47,013 nt of DNA, from IMG/VR virus record IMGVR_UViG_2541047907_000003, one strand, 5' to 3'. This document shows positions 1 to 10,074 of the stretch, piece after piece; position 1 is the stretch's first letter, and the number at the start of each line of letters is the position of its first letter. The notes beneath the pieces were generated by a model. It made no database searches and had not been told where the DNA came from. It saw only the letters and a program-made list of their open reading frames with translations. This DNA comes from a virus (lineage: Duplodnaviria > Heunggongvirae > Uroviricota > Caudoviricetes). A program made the translations under genes and the position numbers.

Positions 1-97
1 AAAATAATCTCGGTGTGAGATGCTTTACGTCTTCCAAGCCCCCTTCCTTGCCGTAAATGGAAAGATACATCTAATTATAGAATTTATATGTTTTACC

Positions 98-673
98 CTA
101 CGGCAGTGCTGGCCATTCAATATCCTGTGAAGTTGACGTATCAACACGGTTCAGCAATACCCGATACTTTTTCCATGCTTCCAGCAACGAGATTTCTTCC
201 TCCGTTGCAATTTCCAGATCTGCAGCATCCTGAAGCGGCGCAATATGCTCACTGGCTACCTGCATCAGGTTGTTTTTTGTTTCTTCCGCCTCCCGGATCC
301 GGAACAGTTTTTCTGCTTCCGTATCCTTCACCCAGGCTGTGCCGTTCCACTTCTGAAACTCTCCTTCCGGCGATAACCAGGTAACATTTTCCGGTAACGG
401 ACCGAGTTCAGAAATAAATAACGCGTCGCCGGAAGCCACGTCATAAACCGTTTTACCCCGATGATCTTCAACGAGATGCCACGATGCCTCATCACTGTTG
501 AAAACAGCCACGAAGCCTGCCGGAATATCTGGCGGTGCAATATAGGTACTGTTTGCTGGCAGACCTGTATGAGGCGGAATATATGCGTCACCTTCACCAA
601 TAAATTCATTAGTTCCGGCCAGCAGATTATAAATTTTTATGGTCCGTGGTTGTTCACTCATTCTGAATGCCAT
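98..673 (-). CDS. tfa: tail fiber assembly protein (lambda Tfa-like)
   Basis: 191-aa ORF; translation [24 protein letters not shown]... recognised as lambdoid Tfa; start shares 1 nt with stf stop (coupled). Confidence 0.85.
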   Translation of the reverse strand: MAFRMSEQPRTIKIYNLLAGTNEFIGEGDAYIPPHTGLPANSTYIAPPDIPAGFVAVFNSDEASWHLVEDHRGKTVYDVASGDALFISELGPLPENVTWLSPEGEFQKWNGTAWVKDTEAEKLFRIREAEETKNNLMQVASEHIAPLQDAADLEIATEEEISLLEAWKKYRVLLNRVDTSTSQDIEWPALP

Positions 674-3456
674 TATGCAAGCCTCACAATATAGTTAAAT
701 GCGATGTTTTTGACGGTGTTTTCCGCGTTACCCGCAGCGTTAACGGTGATGGTGTGTCCATGTGAGCCAATCGCAACAGAGTGCGTATGAGCACCAATAC
801 CGACAGTATGTGCGTGAGCACCTGCAGATGCAGCTGTGCCGCTGACACTATGAGTGTGCGCTCCTGCAGCACTTGTATTCACACTGGCCGCAGACACTAC
901 CTTATGTACTGACCCATTTTGTGACCACTGGCTGACTGCTGATGCGCCTGTGACACTATGAGTATGTTTTCCGGCACTTGCGGCTGTACCGCTCACACTG
1001 TGCGTATGCGCCCCGGTGTTATTCGTGGATTTAGTGCCGTAATCAAACGACGATGTGGTTTTCGTCCCCAAATCCGTACTGGATGCGCTGGCGCTGTGGG
1101 TGTGCGATTTAATGCCGTCCTGTTCCTGAGACAATACGGCCCGACCACTGGCAGGTTTGCCCTTAATCGTCCAGCCACGCATATCAGGGATCACGCCTGA
1201 CGGATAAGCGGTTGCAAGTTTCGGGTAAGCGGATTTGTCAAAAGTCTGCCCCTGCATCAGGGCATAACCAGACGGAACGGTATCTGATGGCCACGGGATT
1301 GGTGCGCCAGGCGGATAAAACTGCTCTGATGGCGTATAGAGTGAATAAACTGTACCGTCCGTTAACCCTTCCGGCTTATTAGCAGAATATGCTGGTGACG
1401 TATGAATCGTCACGCTGGCATTACTGGTATAATCCCATTGAATATTTACACCAGTCGCATAATTTCCGATTGCAACGTAAATATCGTAAGTATCACCAGA
1501 TGTATTGACCCAGGCAAAATTTGTAAACCCTGTCGATGTGCGCTGCCATAAAGCACCAGTAATCCCCTTCGGATTACCATTACCTGCACGCAAAACAAGT
1601 TCAGATATACCTGCCTGTTGAGGTGACCCCACGTTAAATCCAGCGCCACCAATCAACGTAATTGAAACAACAGAACTCGCCTGTGGCATGGTTACCGTTG
1701 CTAATTTGAACCAACCAGCACCACCGCTGAATGACATTGTTGTTGAGTTAAGCGTACCAATATCTTTCGGCGTCAGTGTTATATCCGCTGAAAGCGCCTT
1801 ACCATTCACCTTACGGGCAGAAGGTACCCGACCATTCGCATTATCATTAGCTGCTTTCACTGCTTTCGGTGTCGCGGCAAGCGTTTCAGATGCGCTGTTG
1901 GTTGCACTACTGAGCTGGACAATTCCTTTTTGTGCTGTCGTAGCGTCCTGTGCGGTGTATTTCCCGTTAGCCAGGTCATACGCGGCCTTAACGGCTTTTG
2001 GCGTTGCCGCCTGTGACTCGGAAGTGCTGTTGGTCGCACTGCTAAGCTGTACTACCCCCTTTTTCGTCGTGCTCGCATCCTCAAGCGCCACAGCGGATGC
2101 AATATCCTCTGCCCGTTTTGCTGCTGTCTCGGCGCGCGTTGCTGCGGATTCTGCCGTACTTTTGCTCTGTGCTGCCGCTGCCGCACTGCCAGCAGCCTCT
2201 GTCGCCTTCGTGGATGCCGTCGTGGCGCTGCCACTCGCTGCTGACGCCTGTCTGGTCGCCTCATCTTTTGAAGCAGATGCCGATGATGCCGATGACGCCG
2301 CCGAACTGGCTGACGATGCGGCAGCCGTTTTTGAGGATTCTGCGCTGGTTTCCGACGCTTTCGCGTTCGTTTCGGATGTCTTCGCTGCGGAAGCAGAACT
2401 CGCTGCTGCCGTGGCCTGTTCAGTGGCTTCGCCAGCCTTCGTTGTGGCTGTTGAAGCGGATGATGCGGCGCTTTCTGCCGACTTTCCGGCAGCGGTGGCA
2501 CTGGCTGAGGCCTGCCCGGCATTTGTTGACGCGGCGCTGGCAGATGAGGCAGCCGCTGTTTTTGAGTCTGCTGCTGCGGAGGCACTCTGTGCTGCTGCCG
2601 TCTCAGAAGACTTAGCGTTCGTCTCGGACGTTTTTGCCGCCTTCGCGGAATTGCCTGCCGCTGTTGCCGAGGAGGCTGCACTACTGGCGCTCGAGGCTGC
2701 GCTCGTTTCTGATGATTTTGCCGCCTCTTTTGAAGCCGACGCATCCCGGGCTGAGGTGGCAGCTTCTGACGCTTTCGTGGTCGCGGTGGATGCAGAAGTG
2801 GCGGCTGATTGTTGTGACGCTGAAGCATTCGTTTCTGACGTTTTCGCCGCACCGGCACTGGTGGCCGCCGCGCTTTTTGAGGACTCTGCAGCGGCAGCAC
2901 TTTTTGAGGCTTCAGTGGCCTTTGTTGATGCCGTTCCTGCGCTGGAAGACGCTGACTGAGCCGACGACGCGGCCTGTCCGGCTGACGTGCTGGCTGCACG
3001 TGCTGAATCTGCAGCATCAGTCGCACGGGTTGCCGCCTCACTGGCAGATGTGCTGGCATCACTGGCTGACTTCTTTGCGGCTGCCGTGTTCTGTGCCACC
3101 ACGGACGCGTTACGCGCCACCTCTTCCACCATCAGTTCAAAACGACGCAGTGCCTCCGGACGGGCATCATCCTCCGTCATGGCACCGAGAAAATCATTCA
3201 GCGTACCGGGTTGAGAATCTTCATACACGGTGATGGTCCCGGCATGTGACGGCGGGAATCCTTCCACCAACAGAATAACGCTGTACTGACCGTACTCAAC
3301 GTCCATGCTGTAACGCCCGGCTTCATCCGGATTTTCTGAGGCCAGCGTGTTCACCACCACCGTGGTGCTGTTACGTTTTGCTTTCAGCTGGATTGTGCAG
3401 TTCTGTACCGGTTTTCCTGTGCCGTCTTTCAGTACACCTGAAATCTTTACTGCCAT
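673..3456 (-). CDS. stf: side tail fiber protein (lambda Stf-like) with long Ala/Ser/Thr-rich repeat region and C-terminal GAHTHS-type repeats
   Basis: ORF 673..3462; N-terminus [26 protein letters not shown]... matches lambda Stf; start placed at the MAVK Met (third codon of the track ORF). Confidence 0.85.
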   Translation of the reverse strand: MAVKISGVLKDGTGKPVQNCTIQLKAKRNSTTVVVNTLASENPDEAGRYSMDVEYGQYSVILLVEGFPPSHAGTITVYEDSQPGTLNDFLGAMTEDDARPEALRRFELMVEEVARNASVVAQNTAAAKKSASDASTSASEAATRATDAADSARAASTSAGQAASSAQSASSSAGTASTKATEASKSAAAAESSKSAAATSAGAAKTSETNASASQQSAATSASTATTKASEAATSARDASASKEAAKSSETSAASSASSAASSATAAGNSAKAAKTSETNAKSSETAAAQSASAAADSKTAAASSASAASTNAGQASASATAAGKSAESAASSASTATTKAGEATEQATAAASSASAAKTSETNAKASETSAESSKTAAASSASSAASSASSASASKDEATRQASAASGSATTASTKATEAAGSAAAAAQSKSTAESAATRAETAAKRAEDIASAVALEDASTTKKGVVQLSSATNSTSESQAATPKAVKAAYDLANGKYTAQDATTAQKGIVQLSSATNSASETLAATPKAVKAANDNANGRVPSARKVNGKALSADITLTPKDIGTLNSTTMSFSGGAGWFKLATVTMPQASSVVSITLIGGAGFNVGSPQQAGISELVLRAGNGNPKGITGALWQRTSTGFTNFAWVNTSGDTYDIYVAIGNYATGVNIQWDYTSNASVTIHTSPAYSANKPEGLTDGTVYSLYTPSEQFYPPGAPIPWPSDTVPSGYALMQGQTFDKSAYPKLATAYPSGVIPDMRGWTIKGKPASGRAVLSQEQDGIKSHTHSASASSTDLGTKTTSSFDYGTKSTNNTGAHTHSVSGTAASAGKHTHSVTGASAVSQWSQNGSVHKVVSAASVNTSAAGAHTHSVSGTAASAGAHAHTVGIGAHTHSVAIGSHGHTITVNAAGNAENTVKNIAFNYIVRLA

Positions 3457-3464
3457 ATTCACCC

Positions 3465-3493
3465 CACAAAAAAGCCCGCCTGAACCGGCGGGC
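3465..3493 (-). terminator. rho-independent terminator-like hairpin downstream of lom
   Basis: GC stem GCCCGCC/GGCGGGC with 6-nt loop; on the minus strand it is followed by a run of T (A-run 3465-3472 on plus strand). Confidence 0.5.
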
Positions 3494-3520
3494 TGTCATA
3501 ACACTGTGTTACCTGGCTAA

Positions 3521-4120
3521 TCAGAACTTATAACCGACACCCACGATGAAACCGTCAGTGCGCCAGTCACCACTGCCGGAGCCTTCATAAGCAATATCAA
3601 TGGCCACGGATTCGGTCGGGTTAAACTGCACGCCAGCCCCCCACGCCAGAGACGTGTTGCTGTGGCGACCGTCATCACTTCCGGTCAGCACATCGTGCGT
3701 TTTCCCCTTGTTGTCAGTTACGCGGAGATAATCCCCGAAGAAAGTCGACACACGGCTGTAAGCCACACCCGCCATCGCATACACGCTGAACCATTCATTC
3801 ACGCGCACAGACGGCCCCGCCATTACGCTGAACCAGCGGTTACGAACGGAATCTTCATGCCAGCGGGTATCGCTGTAATGGGTCAGCTGGCGATTCTTGT
3901 CTCCTGCATAGCTGAATGACGTCACCATCCCCAGTGTGTCCGTAAACTCATAACGGTATTTCACGTTAATCCCGTTCAGATCATCGCTGCCGGGAACGTT
4001 CGTCGAGGCATGAAGATACCCCGCGCTCAGCGTGGACTGATGTTCAGACGCCCATGCAGACGCACCGGATACGGCCAGACAAATGGCTGCGGACAAAATG
4101 GCGGCATAAAGTTTACGCAT
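3521..4120 (-). CDS. lom: outer membrane protein Lom (Ail/Lom family beta-barrel)
   Basis: 199-aa ORF with signal peptide MRKLYAAILSAAICLAVSGASAWA and terminal ...GVGYKF; recognisable as lambda Lom. Confidence 0.9.
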   Translation of the reverse strand: MRKLYAAILSAAICLAVSGASAWASEHQSTLSAGYLHASTNVPGSDDLNGINVKYRYEFTDTLGMVTSFSYAGDKNRQLTHYSDTRWHEDSVRNRWFSVMAGPSVRVNEWFSVYAMAGVAYSRVSTFFGDYLRVTDNKGKTHDVLTGSDDGRHSNTSLAWGAGVQFNPTESVAIDIAYEGSGSGDWRTDGFIVGVGYKF

Positions 4121-4145
4121 AATTACCTCTCGCTTTTCTGCAATA

Positions 4146-4171
4146 AAAAAGGCGTCATTTCTGACGCCCGT
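4146..4171 (-). terminator. rho-independent terminator-like hairpin between J and lom
   Basis: stem GGCGTCA...TGACGCC, followed on minus strand by TTTTTTTATT. Confidence 0.5.
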
Positions 4172-4186
4172 TATGGGTTATAAAAT

Positions 4187-7100
4187 TCAGCTGATACTGA
4201 TACCTGCTGTGGATTTCTTCATCACCACAACCAGCAGATCGCTGATACTGGTTGTTGGTGTCCAGTTATTCGCTCCTGATGAAGATACGGTGAATGTCAG
4301 TGTCAGTGTCCCCTGTCCGGCAGGCATATCTATAACTGAGGAAAATACGCCCTGAGCATCCGTCGTGGACTGATTAAAAATCTCCTGACCATTGCGGGTC
4401 ACTCTTAACCGGCAGGTTGAATACCAGTATGACTGTTGGTTATTACTGTTGAAATTCTCATGCTTACCACCGCGGAATAACACTGGAGGTATCATGACCT
4501 GCCGGTCAAACTTCTGATCATCACTGATTCTTACCGTGATGGTGCCACTGGCATAACTGTTCGTGCGGGGGAAAGACTTGCTGACCGTTTTGACAATATC
4601 GCCTTCAATCTGATTGGCTGACAGTTTCCCCTTAATCTGACAGTTCTCATTAATCGTGACGTTGTTGAGCGTCCCGGAGTTCGCATTCACACTGCCACTG
4701 ATATCCGCATTTTTAGCAGTCAGCTTTCCGTCCGGTGTCAGGGAAAATGCCGGTGGATTTCCACCGCTGGTAATGGTGGGGGCCGTCAGGCGTTTCAGGA
4801 ACACGTCGTTCATGAATATCTGATCGCCCTGACCAACAAACATCGGTTTTGTGTTGCCATTCGCAGGATTAACCATCGCAATCCTGTCCGCCGCCAGCAG
4901 CACCTGACTCTGCATGCCGTCAGGGGTGTTCTCAATACCGGCACCAATACCCGCGATATAAAGGCGTCCGTCCTGCATCTGCTGCAGCTTCACAGCCCAC
5001 ATGCTGTTCAGGTTATTATTTGTATCAACCTGAACCTTCTGTATCTGCTGAATTGCCGCACTCTGGTCTTCCAGTTTCTTATTGACGGTCTGCGTGATTT
5101 CATTGCTGACATCCGTAATGGACGTCCTGATTTCAGCCAGGTCAGGCGCAAGCTGACCGTTATCAATCTGCGTCCACAGCTCCTGAGCCAGATGGGTTTT
5201 CCCTATCTCGCCTTTGAAAAAATCCAGATAGCCGGATGCATCATCACTCGGCTGACCAACAGCCTCCACGAATGCCGATTTGCCAACGGTGTTCACACTG
5301 CGAACGTAAAAATAATAATCATGGCCCGGCCTGATATTGATACTGGCGGCTATCCAGTACAGCGCCGTGCCAAGATAGCGCGCTGTGGTTTCAACCTGCC
5401 TGATACCAGCAATCCGTTTTTCCGAGAACCAGAACTCAAACTGTACTGTCGGGTCATAAACCGCAAGATGCGGCGTGGCAGTTATCTGAAAATAGCCCGG
5501 CGTCAGCTCAATCCGCGACGGTGCTACCGGTGCGGCAATCCGGAACGATACCGACGCCGGATCGCCCTGCTGTCCCCACGCATTTACCGCCCGGACTGTC
5601 AGCGTGTACCGTCCCAGCGCCAGTTGCGTGAAGCGGTATGTGGTTTCCGTCGTCCGGGCCGTGCTGACCAGCCGCTCACTGCCGTCATCCGCTGCCACGG
5701 TCAGGCGAAGCATAAAGCTCACCCCCTTCACCACCTTCGGCGTGTCCCAGCGCGCCGGCACCTGATATTCCCCGCTGTCTGCGGTGACTTCGGCAGTCAG
5801 GTGCTGCACCGCTGGCGGCGTGACACCATTCACCGTGCCGCTCTGGTCGCCGTCAAAGTGCGCCCCGTTATCCACGATGGCTTCTTTTTCCGGTACATGC
5901 TGCACGGCAGTGATGGCATACGTGCCGTCATCGTTCTCACGGATACTCACACAGCGGAACAGGCGCTGACGCAACGTCGGCAACTTCAGCCCCCACACAC
6001 TGTATTCTGCAACGCCGTCAGGAACCCGGTTCACTTTCACCTTAAGTCCGTCGGTGACGGACTGAACCTCCACGCTGACCGGATTACCACTTCCGTCAAC
6101 CAGGCTTATCAGCGTGGTACCGGAGGATGGCAGCGTGATTTCACGGTCGAGCGTCAGCGTCCGGGTCTGGCTGTTCACCGCCAGCACGCGACCACCGGTG
6201 CTGATACCGGCATAGTCATCATCGCAGATTTCAATGACATCGCCCGGTACATGGCGAAGCCCTTCTGCGCCCACGCTGAAATCCACGGTCTGCGTCTCCA
6301 GCAGTTCCGTTTTAATCAGCCACAGCCCGGCGCGGTGTGCCTGCCCCCGGCTGGTACAGCCAAAAGCATCCATCTTCGTGACGTTACGACCGTAACGGGC
6401 AATGGCCTGCGTGTCCTCCACAAGCTCTGTCGCCGTCTCCCAGCCGTTATTCGGGTCAATCCAGTTCACCTCAACGGCATTATGGCGGTCCTTCAGGGCG
6501 CTGAAGCTGTAGCGGAACGGCGCGCCATCATCCGGCATCACCACATTACTGCGGTTATAGGTCCACACCTTATCCGACGGTCGGTCCTGCACGAACGTCA
6601 GCGTCTGCCCGTTCCATACCGGCATACAGCGCATCGCCGAGCAGAAATCACTGAGAACATCCCACGCCTTACGCTGTGTGGTCAGGTACGCATTACAGGT
6701 GATGCGCGGCTCCGTGCCGCCAAAACCGTCCGGCACCGACTGCTCGCAATGCTGGCCGATGACATACAGCGCCCATTTGTCCACATCCGCCGCACCAAGA
6801 CGTTTCCCCATGCCGTAGCGCGGATGGGTCAGCATATCCCACAGACACCAGGCCATGTTGTTGCTGTATGCTGGCTTAAACGTTCCGTCCCAGATACCGC
6901 TGTATTGCCGCGTCTGCGGGTTATAGTTCGACGGCACCTGCAGAATGCGTCCGCGAAGATGATAATTACGGCTCACCTGCTGGCTGCCGAACTGCTCCGA
7001 GTCCACCTGCACGCCGACCAGTGCCGTGTTCGGGTAGCACTGTTTCACATCGATGATTTCGGTGTATGACGACCAGAGCGTTTTGTTCTGCAGCTGGTCT

Positions 7101-7669
7101 GTGGTGCTGTCCGGCGTCATCCTGCGCATCCGGATATTAAACGGGCGCGGCGGCAGGTTACCCACCACCACCGAAGCCAGATACTGCGAGGTGGTTTTGC
7201 CCTTAATGGTGATGTCTTTTTCCGTCACCCAGCCACCGTTACGTTGTATCTGAACCAGCAGGCGGACTTCCGATGGATTCCGGTCCCCCTTTGAGGTGGT
7301 TTCCACCAGTGCCTGCACACCGAAGGTAAAGCGCAGACGGTCGATGTTTGCAGACGTGATGGTCCGGGTGATCGGCGTGTCGTATTTCACTTCCGTACCC
7401 AGCACCGTCTCGGAGCCGGAGGATTCAAATCCCTCCGGCGGTGTCTGCTCCTGCTCACCGGCCCGGAACACCACCGTGACGCCGGAGATGTTGGTATTCC
7501 CCTCACTGTCCAGCACTGGCGTACTGTTCAGCAGCACGCTTTTTAATCCATCCACCGGACCTTCAATCGGCCCTTCGCTGATGGCATCGATCACACTCAG
7601 CAACTGCGTGGACTTCAGGTTGTCCTTCGCTTCGCGCGGAGTATGCCCCTTACTGCTGCCTTTACCCAT
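4187..7669 (-). CDS. J: tail tip host-specificity protein J
   Basis: 1160-aa ORF; N-terminus [45 protein letters not shown] recognisable as lambda J. Confidence 0.95.
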   Translation of the reverse strand: MGKGSSKGHTPREAKDNLKSTQLLSVIDAISEGPIEGPVDGLKSVLLNSTPVLDSEGNTNISGVTVVFRAGEQEQTPPEGFESSGSETVLGTEVKYDTPITRTITSANIDRLRFTFGVQALVETTSKGDRNPSEVRLLVQIQRNGGWVTEKDITIKGKTTSQYLASVVVGNLPPRPFNIRMRRMTPDSTTDQLQNKTLWSSYTEIIDVKQCYPNTALVGVQVDSEQFGSQQVSRNYHLRGRILQVPSNYNPQTRQYSGIWDGTFKPAYSNNMAWCLWDMLTHPRYGMGKRLGAADVDKWALYVIGQHCEQSVPDGFGGTEPRITCNAYLTTQRKAWDVLSDFCSAMRCMPVWNGQTLTFVQDRPSDKVWTYNRSNVVMPDDGAPFRYSFSALKDRHNAVEVNWIDPNNGWETATELVEDTQAIARYGRNVTKMDAFGCTSRGQAHRAGLWLIKTELLETQTVDFSVGAEGLRHVPGDVIEICDDDYAGISTGGRVLAVNSQTRTLTLDREITLPSSGTTLISLVDGSGNPVSVEVQSVTDGLKVKVNRVPDGVAEYSVWGLKLPTLRQRLFRCVSIRENDDGTYAITAVQHVPEKEAIVDNGAHFDGDQSGTVNGVTPPAVQHLTAEVTADSGEYQVPARWDTPKVVKGVSFMLRLTVAADDGSERLVSTARTTETTYRFTQLALGRYTLTVRAVNAWGQQGDPASVSFRIAAPVAPSRIELTPGYFQITATPHLAVYDPTVQFEFWFSEKRIAGIRQVETTARYLGTALYWIAASINIRPGHDYYFYVRSVNTVGKSAFVEAVGQPSDDASGYLDFFKGEIGKTHLAQELWTQIDNGQLAPDLAEIRTSITDVSNEITQTVNKKLEDQSAAIQQIQKVQVDTNNNLNSMWAVKLQQMQDGRLYIAGIGAGIENTPDGMQSQVLLAADRIAMVNPANGNTKPMFVGQGDQIFMNDVFLKRLTAPTITSGGNPPAFSLTPDGKLTAKNADISGSVNANSGTLNNVTINENCQIKGKLSANQIEGDIVKTVSKSFPRTNSYASGTITVRISDDQKFDRQVMIPPVLFRGGKHENFNSNNQQSYWYSTCRLRVTRNGQEIFNQSTTDAQGVFSSVIDMPAGQGTLTLTFTVSSSGANNWTPTTSISDLLVVVMKKSTAGISIS

Positions 7670-7728
7670 TCCTCACGCTCCATAAACGACAAAACCGCCC
7701 GGAGGCGGTTTCACATAAACGTTTTTCA

Positions 7729-8400
7729 TCAGCGACCAATCACCACAACCTGACCACCATCCCCTTCGTCTGCCGTGCTGATCTCCTGAGAAACCACGCG
7801 TGACCCCACGCGCATTTCACCGTACAGAACAGGCAGAACATTGCCCTGGGCAACCATGTTATCCAGTGAGGAGAAATAGGTGTTCTGTTTGCCGTTATCC
7901 GTTGTCTGTGTACGGGGAGTTCTGGCTTTCGGTGCCAGCATCTGCGCCACACCACCGAGCACCATACTGGCACCGAGAGAAAACAGGATGCCGGTCATAC
8001 CTCCGGCCCCAATGGCTGCCCCCCATGCTGCAAGGGTGGCTCCGGCGGTAAAGAATGATCCGGCAATGGCGGCTGCTCCCAGGACAATCTGGAATACACC
8101 ACCAGACTTGGCCCCGGCGACTCTGGGAACAATATGAATCACAGCGCCATCAGGCAGAGTCTCATGTAACTGCGCCGTTAATCCGGACGTGCTGACATCC
8201 TGCCCGGCAATCCGTACCTGATACCAGCCGTCGCTCAGTTTCTGACGAAACGCCGGGAGCTGTGTGGCCAGTGCGCGGATGGCTTCAGCCCCCGTTTTCA
8301 CACGAAGGTCGATGCGGCGGCCAAATCGTTGCAAATCCCCGTAAAGGCAGATGCGTGCCATTCCCGGTGACGCCAGAGGGAGTGTGTGCGTCGCTGCCAT
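7729..8400 (-). CDS. I: tail assembly protein I
   Basis: 223-aa ORF MAATHTLPLASPGMARICLYGDLQRFGRR...; lambda I-like; Gly/Ala-rich hydrophobic middle. Confidence 0.9.
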   Translation of the reverse strand: MAATHTLPLASPGMARICLYGDLQRFGRRIDLRVKTGAEAIRALATQLPAFRQKLSDGWYQVRIAGQDVSTSGLTAQLHETLPDGAVIHIVPRVAGAKSGGVFQIVLGAAAIAGSFFTAGATLAAWGAAIGAGGMTGILFSLGASMVLGGVAQMLAPKARTPRTQTTDNGKQNTYFSSLDNMVAQGNVLPVLYGEMRVGSRVVSQEISTADEGDGGQVVVIGR

Positions 8401-9041
8401 TTGTCGGTGTACCTCTCTCGTTTACTCAGTTGTTCAGGAATATGGTGCAGCAGCTCACCGTCACCACAGTAAATGGCGGCATGATTCGGCACCGATGAAC
8501 CAAAACAGCACAGCAGCACATCGCCCGGCTGCGCCGCTGACAACGGCACCTGATACAGCCCTGTGGCCTCCAGATTATCCAGATAGAGATTCTGACCGTG
8601 ACGCCACCAGTCATCCCCGCGATGAAAATCCGGCATCTCAATCCCCGCCAGATGATAAGCATCCCGGAACAGCGTGTAACAGTCCGTCACCCCGTGCTCA
8701 AAGCGCCGCCCGGTGAGATGCGGCACACAGCGGAACTTATGAATCGCCCCCCGGCAGACCAGCCACCACGGCAAATCACTCTGCACCTGCAGCCGCCGGT
8801 CAGCCTCACTCAGCCAGGGCAGACCACCGGGGTGGCTGTGGACCAGCGCCACAATCTCACCCTGCATTTCTGCCTGCAGCCAGTCCTCCGGAGCCATCCG
8901 GAAATAATCCTCCGGCTCACCGGAAATATTCACGCCGGGAAAATATCTTTCCCCCTCCGGCGCTCTCACCACGAAGCCGCACGACTCCGCTGGCGCACAT
9001 CGTCGGGCGTGCGCCAGAATCGCTGATTCTGTCTGTGTCAT
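8298..9041 (-). CDS. K: tail assembly protein K (MPN/JAB plus NlpC/P60-like domains)
   Basis: 247-aa ORF MTQTESAILAHARRCAPAESCGFVV...HSHPGG (JAB-like) ...DCYTLF...NHAAIY (NlpC/P60-like Cys/His); overlaps I by about 100 nt. Confidence 0.8.
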   Translation of the reverse strand: MTQTESAILAHARRCAPAESCGFVVRAPEGERYFPGVNISGEPEDYFRMAPEDWLQAEMQGEIVALVHSHPGGLPWLSEADRRLQVQSDLPWWLVCRGAIHKFRCVPHLTGRRFEHGVTDCYTLFRDAYHLAGIEMPDFHRGDDWWRHGQNLYLDNLEATGLYQVPLSAAQPGDVLLCCFGSSVPNHAAIYCGDGELLHHIPEQLSKRERYTDKWQRRTHSLWRHREWHASAFTGICNDLAAASTFV

Positions 9042-9046
9042 GGGAT

Positions 9047-9745
9047 TTACTGCGAAAGTTTGTTAATGGAAAGGAAGCCGCCAAAGTTGCCGACGTTATT
9101 GCGAAACTTACAGCCACTCAGGCATTTGCTGCATTTATCCTTCGTGATATCGGACGTTGGCTGGTCATATTCATCCGCGACCGCCGGACCGTGATAACCG
9201 CACTCATCGCCGCGATAGGTCCAGGTGCAGGTGTTGGCCAGCATGATACGTCCCGGAAAAACAGCGCCATCTGTTTCCGTCGGCGTGGACAGTACAAAGG
9301 AGGCACTCACCGCGCTCAGTTCGCTGCACTGCTCAATGCGCCAGCGGCTGATCACCTCCTGCTCCGGATCGGCGCCACTGTTTCCGTTGACGAAGTTCAC
9401 CGCATCCAGAAAACGGGCGTAAACCTTACGCCGGACCACCGTTCCGCCGACCAGACTCTGCATATCTTCCACCATACCGGTGACCATGCCGTACAGGTTA
9501 GAGACTGCCAGCGTGGGCCGCGTACTGGTGCCTTTGCCATTCAGTTCAAAACCGCTCCCCTGAATGGGATACGCCTGATACTGCCTCCCCTGCCAGGTGA
9601 CCGGCTCACCTTTTTCGTTCTGCTCATTACAGAAAAAATAACGTTCTCCACCGACCTCTGTCAGGTCGATTTCCCAGAGCACCACGCTGGCCGACTGCTC
9701 CGCACGGGTGCATTCATTCAGTGTTTCCTGCCGGATATCCTGCAT
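9047..9745 (-). CDS. L: minor tail protein L
   Basis: 232-aa ORF MQDIRQETLNECTRAEQSASVVLWEIDLTEVGGERYFFCNEQNEKGE...; lambda L-like. Confidence 0.95.
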   Translation of the reverse strand: MQDIRQETLNECTRAEQSASVVLWEIDLTEVGGERYFFCNEQNEKGEPVTWQGRQYQAYPIQGSGFELNGKGTSTRPTLAVSNLYGMVTGMVEDMQSLVGGTVVRRKVYARFLDAVNFVNGNSGADPEQEVISRWRIEQCSELSAVSASFVLSTPTETDGAVFPGRIMLANTCTWTYRGDECGYHGPAVADEYDQPTSDITKDKCSKCLSGCKFRNNVGNFGGFLSINKLSQ

Positions 9746-10074
9746 CAGTTCACCACCTGTTCAAACTCTGCGCTGAACTCAACACGCAGCATACTGACCC
9801 GCGACGTCCATTTTGCGCAGGTCACCTTTATCTGCCGCCAGTCATAAGGCGGTGTCCACAGAAAGGCTTTCCAGCCTCCGTGCTCTGCCAGAAACGACTC
9901 CAGTACCGTGGCCTCCTCACGGGGGACAGAAAGCGTCACGCTGTACGTTTTCAGGTTGGCATTCAGCCCGGCAGGCGCTCGCTGGGAATAGCCATCACCA
10001 AAGCGCACCTTCCTTACAGAAGGGGCCGAAGCCACATCCATACCGGGTTTCACTTTCCAGCGGAAGGTTTTCAT
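9745..10074 (-). CDS. M: minor tail protein M
   Basis: 109-aa ORF MKTFRWKVKPGMDVASAPSVRKVRFGDGYSQRAPAGLNANLKTY...; lambda M-like; overlaps L start and H stop. Confidence 0.95.
   Translation of the reverse strand: MKTFRWKVKPGMDVASAPSVRKVRFGDGYSQRAPAGLNANLKTYSVTLSVPREEATVLESFLAEHGGWKAFLWTPPYDWRQIKVTCAKWTSRVSMLRVEFSAEFEQVVN

Noticed and set aside
1688-3233. Long plus- and minus-strand ORFs (423, 336, 199, 172 aa) inside the stf region
   Set aside because: They overlap the Stf coding sequence in other frames and have extreme Ala- or Arg/Pro/Gln-rich low-complexity translations, typical of shadow ORFs in GC-rich repetitive DNA. stf itself has recognisable N- and C-terminal homology.
5192-7069. 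625-aa plus-strand ORF
   Set aside because: Entirely antisense to the tail tip gene J; Arg/His/Pro-rich translation with no recognisable domain. A shadow frame.
7691-7710. Hairpin AAACCGCC-CGGA-GGCGGTTT between I and J, considered as a terminator
   Set aside because: It lies within the contiguous late tail operon where termination is not expected. It may be a stabilising or attenuating stem, but I have no evidence beyond the palindrome, so it is not listed as a feature.
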